DNA of 32,000 nucleotides from Candidatus Babelota bacterium (GTDB lineage Bacteria; Babelota; Babeliae; Babelales; Vermiphilaceae): NCBI GenBank assembly GCA_039809905.1, contig JBDHVY010000001.1, positions 240,001 to 272,000 of the forward strand, read 5' to 3'. Shown piece by piece: positions 9,220 to 17,603 of this stretch (position 1 is its first letter; each line of letters starts with the position of its first letter). The notes under the pieces were generated by a model. It saw only the letters and a program-made list of their open reading frames with translations, ran no database searches and was not told where the DNA came from. The position numbers and the translations under genes were made by a program.

Positions 9220-9567
9220 ATGAAGTTAACGAACACATTAGCACTTTTTATATTTACTTGTTTAACAATTTCTTATCTACCAATTAATGGCTTTTATAAT
9301 GATGGATATCCAAGCAATGCTTTATCCGGTGCTGCAATTGGTGGTCTTGCTGGTGGTAGAAAAGGTGCTGCAATTGGTTTAGGTGTCGGCATGGGTGCCG
9401 ATATGATTGGCGCAGCAGCTCGAGATGATCGTCGACGCCGCCGATATGACGATGATGATTATTATAATTCCCGTTATCGTTCTAGACGACCAAGCCGTAG
9501 AGATCTTGAAAATGAAAATGCTGACTTAAGACAGAGATTACAGCAGTACGAAGCTACTCAACAATAA
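9220..9567 (+). CDS. Secreted glycine-zipper protein with R/D-rich tail (member 4)
   Basis: Leader MKLTNTLALFIFTCLTISYLPING. Glycine zipper GAAIGGLAGGRKGAAIGLGVGMGADMIGAA. Tail RDDRRRRRYDDDDYYNSRYRSRRPSRR. RBS AAAGGAAAT upstream. Confidence 0.6.
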   Translation: MKLTNTLALFIFTCLTISYLPINGFYNDGYPSNALSGAAIGGLAGGRKGAAIGLGVGMGADMIGAAARDDRRRRRYDDDDYYNSRYRSRRPSRRDLENENADLRQRLQQYEATQQ

Positions 9568-9591
9568 AAATCTCTCATCCCAACCTCTTAT

Positions 9592-9620
9592 GGGCGAGCA
9601 TATATTGCTCGCCCCTTTTT
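9592..9620. terminator. Bidirectional intrinsic terminator between convergent genes
   Basis: Perfect 9-bp stem GGGCGAGCA / TGCTCGCCC with 5-nt loop TATAT, followed by CTTTTT. Confidence 0.7.
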
Positions 9621-9633
9621 ATAACAAATTATC

Positions 9634-11595
9634 TTAATTTAATCTTTCGCTGCATAATAGACATTGATTATTATCTGCATGATTGCACGCTATACAAATA
9701 AACTTACCGCTATGCCTATTTTTACACAAAATATCAGATAAATTATCTTTATGTTCATTGCACAAATAACATTTTTGTTGAATAAATACCTTTTTCAGCA
9801 ATGACTTTATTTCTCCCGAGGAATCTTCTACCATTTTTTTCGTCACTAATGCTTCGTACTCTAAAAATAATTTTACCAATTCAATTTTTTTACAATGAGC
9901 AGCTATACCAAGCAAGGAATAATGAGTTTGAGAAGAAGGTCTATCAACACGAGCTCCTCTGCTCAATAGTAGTTCAAAAATATCATATGCATTTTTATTG
10001 AACTTCATTAAATGCCATAAAGGAGTTTCTTCATCTTCATTCAAACCATTTGGATCAGCACCTTTGTTAATTAATAAATTAATAAATTTTTTAGTATTTG
10101 GATTTAAATAATGAAGCATGTTATGCAACAACGTATTCCCACCCATCATTACCACATTACAATCAACTAATGGTGTTAACAACTGTTGGCTTTTTTTATA
10201 TTCACCCTTATTAAAAGCAAGTAGAAACTGCTCACTTATGGATTCATTTAATTGCTTAATACAATCTATGCGATTTAAAGACTGCGCGTACATCATGGGT
10301 GTTCTTTTTTGCCGATCGACCATGGAACAATCAGCATTATAGCGCATCAACAATTTTATCGCCCAAGGCTTATTGCAAAAAACTGCCATATGTAAAAAAG
10401 TACCTTTTTGAGTATAAAGCTTTGGACCCCAATCTAAGACCTGTATATTCATCACCCTATCTTCAATATAATTATTGAGCAAAATTGACAAAGTAGTTGC
10501 ACTATCATTATTTTCAATTGCCTCTTTCACCATAAACTTTGTAAAAACATCTCTGTAACAGGTAACAAAAGGAAATCGTTCAATCTGTTGCCTTAATCGT
10601 TTATAATCACCATTGCGCACTAATAATATAGTTTTTTTACATCTCGTTTCTAAATTATCTTCAATTTCTTGAACTTCTACTTTACCAAAAAATTGTTCTA
10701 AATCTTTATGTGATACCTTTTTAATTATACAACCATATTGATTGCACATTATTCCACCGCGCATAGGACCAGTATCTGAACCGGCATAAATTTTTTGCAA
10801 GTCTTTCTTTTCATTGGCATATGAAAATACCGGAGCCCATTGAACCAGAGATTCATGCTTATGAGCATACAACTGCATTGGTATCATTTGGGGAAAAAAA
10901 AATGTTCCATATTTTGCAAAAACCTCTACAATATTCTCATTCTGCTGGCCTTTGATAAGAATATGAAATGGTGTTATACCAAAAGCATCAAGCTGATCTT
11001 GATCAGCATTATTACGTAATAAAAAATCAACCAAATGAATACTTTTTCTATGTATTGCACAATGCAGTAACGTATCAGAATTCTTATCTTTTTTATTGAT
11101 ATCTGCACCTTGTTCAAGTAAAAAGGCTGCTATTTTTTCGGATGTTTCATTAGTTTTTACTATTATTTCCTGCAGACATTTTTCCATAACAAACACATTC
11201 CACAAAGGAGTTCTTCCTTCTGCGTTTTCTTGATCTATATGTGCACGAGCACCAAACAGCAAACGTGCTCCTTTTAGAGATTGTACGTAATGTAATGGCG
11301 TATTGAGTTTATTTTTTGTCTTACCATTGGGATCAGCCTGATACGCAAGTAATATTTTTATGCAAGCATTATTGCCATAGGCTGCAGCAACATGCAACGC
11401 TAAAACCCGATCAGAAAACAAATCCGTTTTTTTTCCATAACGCTTAATAAGAACTGGATGTTCTTTAACCATGCTTTCAACAATCAATGGTTTATTATTC
11501 ATTATCGCTTGAAATAAATCTTCTACTGATGGTAACGGTTGCATTGCTATGCAATAATTTACATACAAAATAGTGAATAAAGATAATACACGCAT
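9634..11595 (-). CDS. Secreted ankyrin-repeat protein with C-terminal RING-like (C3HC4-type) zinc finger
   Basis: Leader MRVLSLFTILYVNYCIAMQ. Multiple ANK units (ALHVAAAYGNNACIKILLAYQADPN, TLLHCAIHRKSIHLVDFLLRNNADQD, TFLHMAVFCNKPWAIKLLMRYNADCS, NTLLHNMLHY..LINKGADPN, SLLGIAAHCKKIELVKLFLEYEA). C-terminus CYLCNEHKDNLSDILCKNRHSGKFICIACNHADNNQCLLC. Confidence 0.85.
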   Translation of the reverse strand: MRVLSLFTILYVNYCIAMQPLPSVEDLFQAIMNNKPLIVESMVKEHPVLIKRYGKKTDLFSDRVLALHVAAAYGNNACIKILLAYQADPNGKTKNKLNTPLHYVQSLKGARLLFGARAHIDQENAEGRTPLWNVFVMEKCLQEIIVKTNETSEKIAAFLLEQGADINKKDKNSDTLLHCAIHRKSIHLVDFLLRNNADQDQLDAFGITPFHILIKGQQNENIVEVFAKYGTFFFPQMIPMQLYAHKHESLVQWAPVFSYANEKKDLQKIYAGSDTGPMRGGIMCNQYGCIIKKVSHKDLEQFFGKVEVQEIEDNLETRCKKTILLVRNGDYKRLRQQIERFPFVTCYRDVFTKFMVKEAIENNDSATTLSILLNNYIEDRVMNIQVLDWGPKLYTQKGTFLHMAVFCNKPWAIKLLMRYNADCSMVDRQKRTPMMYAQSLNRIDCIKQLNESISEQFLLAFNKGEYKKSQQLLTPLVDCNVVMMGGNTLLHNMLHYLNPNTKKFINLLINKGADPNGLNEDEETPLWHLMKFNKNAYDIFELLLSRGARVDRPSSQTHYSLLGIAAHCKKIELVKLFLEYEALVTKKMVEDSSGEIKSLLKKVFIQQKCYLCNEHKDNLSDILCKNRHSGKFICIACNHADNNQCLLCSERLN

Positions 11596-11780
11596 TTTTT
11601 CTCCTCATATATTTTATGCATTATCTATAAACACAATCCAATTATAATCAAGAAAAAAGAATACGAACTGTTTCTTTTCTCATTCAATATTTTATATAAT
11701 AATATATATAATCAAACAAAAACGATTATTCATATTTTTTTCAAAATGAAAATAGATCAATAAAGGAGCATCACAATATC

Positions 11781-14144
11781 ATGAATTTATACAAAGTGTT
11801 ATCTATTAGAATATATATAGCTATTCTTTGTTACATGATTAACATAGGTGCAACTCAACACGTATCCCATCTTCTCGTAAAAGCTCCACTAAAAACACGT
11901 CTTCAGAAAAGAGAACAGATCGCAGATAAATACATAAATAATAAAGAAATTGTTTTTATAAAAACAAAAGATAAAAAAATTTTTCCTCTTGACCGCTGGC
12001 AGCTTGAATATATGCCATATTTATTCACAATGGCATCTCAACAAAAAAAGAATAGTTTTGGCAACCCTCTTGATATCTCTCAAATTACTATTAATGATTC
12101 TCAACAACCCAACGGCATTAAAATTATCGATGGCATTAACAGTGAGGAATTGGAATTATTATCAACCACCTGGAATGAAATGAAAGGCTTCGGCGTTCTA
12201 TTTTTTCTTGATGATCTAAAAAAAGATAATCCTCATTCTTTATCAGTACTTCAAGATGCCTCCAAAAAAATTGGCAACAATCTTTTATATGCAACAACTA
12301 CGAGCTACTTAATGCCACCAGAAATGCAAAGCAAAATAGCTGAACCATTAATTACTCCTATCATCAAACTTTTAAAACAACAAGGTTATGTAAGCACGAC
12401 ACGCCCAATCATTTTTAATGGACCTCAAAGAAACCCATTTTTTGATGCAGTAGTAAGTACTGATGGAAAAAAATGGGTTGACAAGTCTCTCAATGAAGGA
12501 AAATTATTGAATTGGGAAAATCAACAATTGAGCCTCTATTATATTCCTACTAATCAAGCTGAAATTACTCCGGGCAAGGTAAATAATCCCGCATCTCAAA
12601 TACTTGGGCTACAAACTGAACTGATTAAAAAACGATTTATATTCAGCCCTGATAGCAAAATGCTTGCTGCAATACCAAAATACACTAAGGGCAATTTATT
12701 ATGTTGGGATATTTATGATAAAATCAAAAAATACACTATCAACTATGAAGGTTTTGTCGACGAAATAGCATTCAGTCCTGATTGTCGAACAATTGTTTTT
12801 ATAGGAAGCAATGAACCTCCTTCAGCAGAAAATAAACGTGCTGATAAATTGTATATCTGTCATCTTACGCAAGAAAATCCAAAACCCCAACTCATTGAAA
12901 CTATAACAAAACCAATCCAATCGATTATCTTTAGTCCTGATAATAAAAACTTTGCATGCATCTCAGAACGAGAGGTTAATATCTATTATTCTAATCCTAA
13001 GGGTTATTTTACCGCCAAAGCAATTCAATGGGATGATGAGAAACCACCTATTACATCAATAACTTTTGACGCAACCGGGAACAAATTTATCTGTCATGTA
13101 AAAAATCCTGAAATTGGACAACTGACTACGCTATTGTATATTTATAAGCTATATGATAACAATTTTATTTTATACAGAACAACAGAAGTAGACGGGAAAT
13201 TTTTTGGCGATATTCGTTTTGATTTAAAAGAAAACTCTTGCCTTATTACTCAATCAAGTACAACCACTGGTCTTGATAAAGGAATTTATTATTGGGATAA
13301 CATTGATCAAAAAAATTCTAAACCTCGCTTAGTTTATAATGGTGATTCTCCCACACAAGCAGCACTAAGCCCTAATAGCCAATTATGTGTTTTTGCCAGC
13401 AATCCTGATATAACATGTGAGAAATTATATTATTTTTACACAAGTAATTGCATAGTTCGCGAAATTGAGAAGAGTCTCTTCTTCAATACTCGCTCGCTAA
13501 CCTTTAGTAAAGATAGTAAACATTGCTCTGTTATTAGACAAAAAAACGATATACCTGATAATAAAACAACAATTAGCAAAAAGAATCTTAAATTTGGTGA
13601 TCAAGAACTCAGAAATTGCAATCTTGGCACAGCTACTTTGCTTCATAATGTTTTGGAAGAATTATTAAAACACCATCACTCACAAATCGTAAAAAAAACC
13701 TTAGCTTATGAATTACTTTACCGGTTACCACTACAACTGCGAGAATTCATAATAAAAATCTTAAAGCTAGATGTTGTTGATTATCTCGATCCTCGCAGAC
13801 GCTTAACAGAATCCAAAGAAAACGAACAAGAATTTCCCCAATCAGAATTACAAGAACCTCCACATGATATAGCAAAAATACTAACAAAAAAAGCTAGTGA
13901 ATCTCTTCTACAAGATTTGGCTCAATACCTGGAACAGATCAAGCAACAGCCCACCATAAAACACGAGATGAAGATGCCATCTTCCAATCCGCCGGAAACC
14001 CTTGCCGGAAAAATCATTACTTCATTATCTACTATGGGAAACTATATTTATTCTTATTTACCATCCAGATTGCAAAGACTATTCAAAAAAGAAAATCCTA
14101 TAGCGGAAAAAGAACCTCTTAATCCACTACAGGAAAATCAATAA
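11781..14144 (+). CDS. Secreted or membrane-anchored WD40-like beta-propeller protein with possible BTB/Skp1-like N-terminal domain
   Basis: RBS AAAGGAGC upstream. N-terminal hydrophobic segment IRIYIAILCYMINIGA. Repeated blades: FSPDSKMLAA...GNLLCWDI, IAFSPDCRTIVF, IIFSPDNKNFAC, ITFDATGNKFIC, ALSPNSQLCVF, LTFSKDSKHCSV. Confidence 0.75.
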   Translation: MNLYKVLSIRIYIAILCYMINIGATQHVSHLLVKAPLKTRLQKREQIADKYINNKEIVFIKTKDKKIFPLDRWQLEYMPYLFTMASQQKKNSFGNPLDISQITINDSQQPNGIKIIDGINSEELELLSTTWNEMKGFGVLFFLDDLKKDNPHSLSVLQDASKKIGNNLLYATTTSYLMPPEMQSKIAEPLITPIIKLLKQQGYVSTTRPIIFNGPQRNPFFDAVVSTDGKKWVDKSLNEGKLLNWENQQLSLYYIPTNQAEITPGKVNNPASQILGLQTELIKKRFIFSPDSKMLAAIPKYTKGNLLCWDIYDKIKKYTINYEGFVDEIAFSPDCRTIVFIGSNEPPSAENKRADKLYICHLTQENPKPQLIETITKPIQSIIFSPDNKNFACISEREVNIYYSNPKGYFTAKAIQWDDEKPPITSITFDATGNKFICHVKNPEIGQLTTLLYIYKLYDNNFILYRTTEVDGKFFGDIRFDLKENSCLITQSSTTTGLDKGIYYWDNIDQKNSKPRLVYNGDSPTQAALSPNSQLCVFASNPDITCEKLYYFYTSNCIVREIEKSLFFNTRSLTFSKDSKHCSVIRQKNDIPDNKTTISKKNLKFGDQELRNCNLGTATLLHNVLEELLKHHHSQIVKKTLAYELLYRLPLQLREFIIKILKLDVVDYLDPRRRLTESKENEQEFPQSELQEPPHDIAKILTKKASESLLQDLAQYLEQIKQQPTIKHEMKMPSSNPPETLAGKIITSLSTMGNYIYSYLPSRLQRLFKKENPIAEKEPLNPLQENQ

Positions 14145-14157
14145 ACGATACTTTTTT

Positions 14158-14880
14158 TTATCGATTAGTAAGATAATTTATAGTCAACAACGCTCCATAA
14201 TTTGCAGCCCAGGATACCGCTGTTTTTGTTGTACTTTCCTCAGCTCCAACCATTTGTTCAACTGCAGGGTTAATAATATAGCGTCCTAATGCATCAGCTC
14301 CGACTTGTATTATTGCTGCTTTGCCAAATCTAGCCGCATTACTTCGATTCAGCCCATCAGTTCCTTCAACAGCAATTGCACTTGCAACACGCGCTGCTCC
14401 TGCAACTAAAACAAATTGACTATTTTCAGCTGCAAAAGCTCTCAGATGCTCAGGAAGACACTCAAGACCTTTTTTTACAACATCAGATTCTGCTGCATGA
14501 GAAATTACATGATCAGCACCCAAAAACACTATTGGTTCAACTATAGAAAGTGTACCTATTTTATTTTTGCTACAATCTCTGCACCTATAGGATTCATTGA
14601 AATCAACTTGCCGAGCATACCATGCATTATATTTTCTAACTTTTTCTAAAGATCCATGACATTTTAAATTTAAAGGCTTTACAATCATTTCATCAAAACC
14701 AATAACCAGGGATTGATGAGCAACATCAAATAAATGCATAGATTCCCAAAATTCTCCTGTAACAACTATAAAAGGAATAAAACCAATCGAAGAAAAACCT
14801 ACTTGCGAAACACGATCCAATGTAATTCTATTAGGACCAACAACAATTGGTGCCATACGGGCACAATCCATGTAACTCAA
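14158..14880 (-). CDS. Hypothetical protein; reading frame continues upstream through an in-frame TAA into a leader peptide (possible pseudogene, full extent 14158..14946)
   Basis: 240-aa ORF whose track start is a TTG. On the minus strand, GGAGTG-N7-ATG (14946) encodes MNIKNNIIFVVFFAAVCSM, then TAA (14889-14887), then AEL-SYMDCARMAP... in the same frame. Confidence 0.55.
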   Translation of the reverse strand: MSYMDCARMAPIVVGPNRITLDRVSQVGFSSIGFIPFIVVTGEFWESMHLFDVAHQSLVIGFDEMIVKPLNLKCHGSLEKVRKYNAWYARQVDFNESYRCRDCSKNKIGTLSIVEPIVFLGADHVISHAAESDVVKKGLECLPEHLRAFAAENSQFVLVAGAARVASAIAVEGTDGLNRSNAARFGKAAIIQVGADALGRYIINPAVEQMVGAEESTTKTAVSWAANYGALLTINYLTNR

Positions 14881-14974
14881 TTCAGCTTACATACTGCATA
14901 CAGCAGCAAAAAAAACGACAAAAATGATATTGTTTTTTATATTCATAAAAAACACTCCAAGATATAGCAAAGCA

Positions 14975-15436
14975 CTAAATTGCTCTTTTTATATAAATAA
15001 AAATAGATGAACCTTCAGATCCGTTATCAGCACTTTTTATAACCACACTGCAATAACGGTCAGGGCTTTGGAACTGCAATAAAACTTCTTGTGCGTCAAA
15101 AGAGATCAGATGCTGCCATCCATAACGCTCCATTTGTTTCATAAAAAAGTCTATCGCTTCATTTCGCGATAATGGGCTTTTATAACCAAAAAATAATGTT
15201 TCAGAATCTACTCTATAATCAGACGGAATAATCCGCTCATCATAAAAAGGAATTGGAATATCTATGAGCATTGCTTCTTGCTGAGCAATAGTATCAAGAA
15301 CTACGGTGAGATTATTATTGATTGATGCTTGATTAGTATCGATTGGACGTTCAGGCAATTGTTTTTTAGCACAAGAGGGAAAAAGCATACAAAACACAAC
15401 TATTGCATAGAAGCGAGTTATTGCAAAATCCCTCAT
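14975..15436 (-). CDS. Hypothetical lipoprotein
   Basis: 153 aa. Leader with lipobox-like AIVVFCMLFPSC followed by AKKQ. No recognisable family. Confidence 0.55.
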   Translation of the reverse strand: MRDFAITRFYAIVVFCMLFPSCAKKQLPERPIDTNQASINNNLTVVLDTIAQQEAMLIDIPIPFYDERIIPSDYRVDSETLFFGYKSPLSRNEAIDFFMKQMERYGWQHLISFDAQEVLLQFQSPDRYCSVVIKSADNGSEGSSIFIYIKRAI

Positions 15437-15447
15437 GAAAATCTCTT

Positions 15448-15867
15448 TTATTCAGCAGAAGCAGCTTCTGCTTCAACTGTTTTACGCTTTGCAAGTGAAG
15501 CTTTAGTTTCAACAAGTTGTTTAACGTGAGCTTTTTTACCAACTTTATGACGAAGGTAAAACAACTTAGCGCGGCGTACATCACCTTTACCAAGAACTTT
15601 TACATCTTTGATCAATGGTGAATAATATGGATAAATACGCTCAACAGCAACACCATTGTCGCCAATTTTACGTACAATGAAAGTAGTTGAAACGCCGTTT
15701 TTATGGAAAGCAATCACATTACCTTGAAATGCTTGTAAACGTTCTTTTCCACCTTCTTTAATACTTTGTGATACAACAATCATATCTCCAATACCAAATT
15801 CTGGAAAATCACGATTTGTCATACCTATGCTGCGAATTGTTTCTTTAGTATAAAATGCTGCTTTCAT
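15448..15867 (-). CDS. rplS: 50S ribosomal protein L19
   Basis: FPEFGIGDMIVVSQSIKEGGKERLQAFQGNVIAFHKNG...VRKI..GVAVERIYPYYSPLI..VKVL..GDVRRAKLFYLR is canonical L19. Last gene of the ffh-rpsP-trmD-rplS operon. Confidence 0.92.
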   Translation of the reverse strand: MKAAFYTKETIRSIGMTNRDFPEFGIGDMIVVSQSIKEGGKERLQAFQGNVIAFHKNGVSTTFIVRKIGDNGVAVERIYPYYSPLIKDVKVLGKGDVRRAKLFYLRHKVGKKAHVKQLVETKASLAKRKTVEAEAASAE

Positions 15868-15949
15868 GCAAAATTCCTCTTACGACGTGTTCGTACAAAT
15901 ATTTTTAAATATAACCTAAAAAAGACCTTAGAGCAACACTAAAAACCAG

Positions 15950-17254
15950 TTATTGTGCTCTATTGTTACCTAACCACCTATCAAGGATGATTGCTACGGC
16001 AGATCGGACTGATAAATGATTAAATTGAGTAAAACCATCTATTGGCAGTAAAAGATAGTCACACAATTTAATAATTTCTGGAGAAAGACCTTGTCCTGTG
16101 CCAAAAAGCAATAATACCGGCCTATTACTTTCCCATACCTTTTTTTGATCATAATAAGAAGCCATCTCTTGAGCATCATCACTGAGTTGAGCTGATGTTG
16201 CAATGATAAGCGGTCTTTTACCTTCTTTTTCTTCTATTTTTTTTATTGTCTCATCGAGCGAACTAACCAACTGAACAAGTTGAATTGCATCATAGCGACA
16301 TCGATTATATTCAAATCCTATGCCTTTTTTCCAAAAATCGAGCATTTTGTTCACTATTTTTTGCTGGTCAATCAACGGTGTTACAATAAAAAAGTCCTCT
16401 ACGCCATATGTTTTTGAAGACCGCGCAATATCATGGATATCAATAGATGTTACTGATGTTACTCCCAGTCTTCGCTCTTGACCGATAAGAACATCACTGT
16501 GCATAAGCGCCACATAGTGAGATGGAATATAGTGCTGTGCTATTTTTTTATCTTGATTTGTTAAAGACTGTGAGCGTAACCATGAAAAGTGATCTCGTAC
16601 GGTTTTTTGTACCGCATGCTCACTACGCCATTTTTCAATCGCTGCATGATTACCTGAGCGCAGTACATCAGGAACACGCTTGTCCTTCCACTCAACAGGT
16701 TCAGTGTATGAAGGAAAATCTACAAATGGTCCCACAAAAGAATCTCGCGTTACTGATTCTTGTTTACCAACCACATCTGGCAAAAGTCGCAACACGCCTT
16801 CAAGAAGCAACATTGCTGGTATATCGCCACCCATAATAACAAAATCACCCATTGAAAGAATCATATCTGCATATTCTTCTTCCACACGAGCATCCATGCC
16901 TTCATAGCGAGCAGGAACAATCATGATGTGCTTATTTTGCTGTAACTGTGCTGCTATTGTTTCAAAAACCCGTTGATCAACTTTTTTCCCTCGAGGAGAA
17001 AAGAAAATTTTGAATGCCTTACCATACTCTCGTTCTTTATCTTCAATTGCTTTTTGAACAACATCAGGACGAATCAGCATACCTGCACCAGGACCAAATG
17101 TTGGCGCATCAATACGTTCTTTTGGTTGTACATACGAAAAAAACGACTGCACATCAATATGTACAATCTCTTTTTCTTGCGCTCGACCTACCAAACTAGT
17201 ATGTATAAAAGGCTCATAGAGTTGTTCAAATACGGTAAGAATTGAAATATTCAT
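15950..17254 (-). CDS. trmD: tRNA (guanine37-N1)-methyltransferase TrmD fused to a second SPOUT-type RNA methyltransferase-like domain (TM1570 / Methyltrn_RNA_4-like)
   Basis: The N-terminal ~235 aa are TrmD (ILTVFEQLYEPF, IDAPTFGPGAGMLIRPDV, VPARYEGMDARV, SMGDFVIMGGDIPAMLLLEGVLRLLPDVVG, LRSGNHAAIEKWR). The C-terminal ~190 aa (HYVALMHSDV...SVTSIDIHDIARSSKTYGV...LLLFGTGQGL...FNHLSVRSAVAIILDRW) match my recollection of the TM1570 family. Confidence 0.88.
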   Translation of the reverse strand: MNISILTVFEQLYEPFIHTSLVGRAQEKEIVHIDVQSFFSYVQPKERIDAPTFGPGAGMLIRPDVVQKAIEDKEREYGKAFKIFFSPRGKKVDQRVFETIAAQLQQNKHIMIVPARYEGMDARVEEEYADMILSMGDFVIMGGDIPAMLLLEGVLRLLPDVVGKQESVTRDSFVGPFVDFPSYTEPVEWKDKRVPDVLRSGNHAAIEKWRSEHAVQKTVRDHFSWLRSQSLTNQDKKIAQHYIPSHYVALMHSDVLIGQERRLGVTSVTSIDIHDIARSSKTYGVEDFFIVTPLIDQQKIVNKMLDFWKKGIGFEYNRCRYDAIQLVQLVSSLDETIKKIEEKEGKRPLIIATSAQLSDDAQEMASYYDQKKVWESNRPVLLLFGTGQGLSPEIIKLCDYLLLPIDGFTQFNHLSVRSAVAIILDRWLGNNRAQ

Positions 17255-17286
17255 TATGGTGATCCTGGCAGCAACACAGCTGAAAT

Positions 17287-17517
17287 CTATCGCGATAGTT
17301 CAAGTGAGATTTTTTTTCTATCAGATGCGGCAATATCTATTAAAGCACGCAATGACTTGATAGTGTGCCCTTCTTTTCCAATGACACGGCCTCGATCTTC
17401 TGGCGCAACTTTAATTTCAAGGAGATTTTCATCTTCTTTTTCAGTAATACTTACTACAACATCATTTGGATGCGAAACTAATTGCTGCACTACAAAAGTT
17501 ACTAATTCTTTTATCAT
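17287..17517 (-). CDS. KH-domain RNA-binding protein (YlqC/UPF0109 family)
   Basis: 76 aa. LVSHPNDVVVS...LEIKVAPEDRGRVIGKEGHTIKSLRALI carries the GxxG KH signature. Conserved position between rpsP and trmD. Confidence 0.85.
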   Translation of the reverse strand: MIKELVTFVVQQLVSHPNDVVVSITEKEDENLLEIKVAPEDRGRVIGKEGHTIKSLRALIDIAASDRKKISLELSR

Positions 17518-17546
17518 AAAAACCCATAACCGAGATAAAACAGAAA

Positions 17547-17579
17547 GATCCCCTATTTTCAGAAAAATGTATGGGGATC
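17547..17579 (-). terminator. Imperfect hairpin between rpsP and the KH gene (possible attenuator or processing site)
   Basis: GATCCCC (17547-17553) pairs with GGGGATC (17573-17579), with inner ATTTT/AAAAT pairing. On the transcribed minus strand it is followed by TTTCTGTTTTA. Confidence 0.3.
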
Positions 17580-17603
17580 ATATAATTGCTTATTTAACTA
17601 TAT

